Shown in pieces: positions 60,585-61,251 of a DNA stretch of 61,251 nucleotides. Every line of letters begins with the position of its first letter. The stretch's first letter is position 1. The DNA is from Rhodospirillales bacterium (GTDB lineage Bacteria; Pseudomonadota; Alphaproteobacteria; Rhodospirillales; Defluviicoccaceae). Under the pieces are notes generated by a model. It was not told where the DNA came from, searched no databases, and saw only the letters and a list, made by a program, of their open reading frames with translations. Location of the stretch: NCBI GenBank assembly GCA_044869575.1, contig JBIOXH010000253.1, forward strand, positions 1 to 61,251. Reading direction: 5' to 3'. A program made the position numbers and the translations under genes.

Positions 60585-61251
60585 ATGGCCAGAATCTGCG
60601 GTCCGATTCTCGGCTTTCGCGGGCGCGAAGGCGATGACTGGCGGCTTGCGATCATGGTGGCGTTGCAAGGCGGACCGGCGCCAGGCGCGTTGACATTCGG
60701 TGAAGCCGGGCAGCAGGCCGCACCCGCCGTATCCGCCGCGCCACTGGGCGAGGTCGGCGGCGCACAGTTCTTCGGCTACGAGTTCACGGCGCCAATGAAT
60801 GGCAACGAGCGGACGTTCGAGTATCGCTTTGCCGGCGAGGACGCGCGGTGGCCCTTCGTCGTGCCGGGCCGACAGCAGCCGCTCCGCATCGGCTATAACT
60901 CGTGCAATGGCTTTTCCATCCCGGGCGACATGAAGCGGATCGCCGATAAGACCGCGGTGTGGCGCGACCTCGTCGCCACGAACGCGCGGCAGCCGATGCA
61001 CCTGATGCTAATGGGCGGCGACCAGATCTATGCCGACCAGCTCTGGGACGCGGTGCCGGAACTCCGCGGGTTCAACGAGTTGCCGCGCTCGCAGCGTGTG
61101 GCCATGAATCCCGGGCAAAACCTCCGTGGCGACGTGGAGCGCTTCTATGTCGATACGTATCGCGATCGGTTCGGGCAGGCGCCGGTGGCGGAGGCGCTCG
61201 CATCGATCCCGAGCCTGATGATGTGGGATGACCACGACATCTTCGACGGCT
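60585..61251 (+). CDS. PhoD-like (alkaline phosphatase D) metallophosphatase, truncated by the window end
   Basis: GGGAGGA RBS; open frame to the end; SCNG, MGGDQIYAD, MMWDDHDIFDG motifs; absent from the ORF track because there is no stop. Confidence 0.88.
   Translation, partial: MARICGPILGFRGREGDDWRLAIMVALQGGPAPGALTFGEAGQQAAPAVSAAPLGEVGGAQFFGYEFTAPMNGNERTFEYRFAGEDARWPFVVPGRQQPLRIGYNSCNGFSIPGDMKRIADKTAVWRDLVATNARQPMHLMLMGGDQIYADQLWDAVPELRGFNELPRSQRVAMNPGQNLRGDVERFYVDTYRDRFGQAPVAEALASIPSLMMWDDHDIFDG

Overview
High-GC chromosomal segment, most likely from an alphaproteobacterium (Rhodospirillales-like, inferred from gene content and order). It is mostly housekeeping and metabolic genes in short, reshuffled blocks: a polyamine operon (decarboxylase - homospermidine synthase - second decarboxylase - GNAT), an ATP-dependent DNA ligase, ggt-rlmI, a stand-alone fabD, rpmH-rnpA-yidD-yidC, a DinG-family helicase, queE, ndvD/ndvB-like cyclic beta-glucan genes, an orphan HisKA_2/HWE kinase, lptD-surA-pdxA-rsmA, typA, gntK-edd-eda, ohr, cls, tesA/ybbAP, a malonate TRAP-matB unit and a truncated PhoD-like gene. 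I recognised no tRNA, rRNA, CRISPR array, transposase or integrase. The most interesting signals are not in the supplied ORF track. They are a 16-codon leader peptide with a strong RBS and alternative hairpins ahead of the polyamine operon, a LexA-box-like site and a small-protein/nuclease-like ORF pair around the DNA ligase, an FNR-type palindrome ahead of fabD, an apparent +1 frameshift at the start of a hemerythrin-like gene, and a decayed cupin gene. TypA also looks gammaproteobacterial. All product calls come from motif recognition by eye; no database searches were run.
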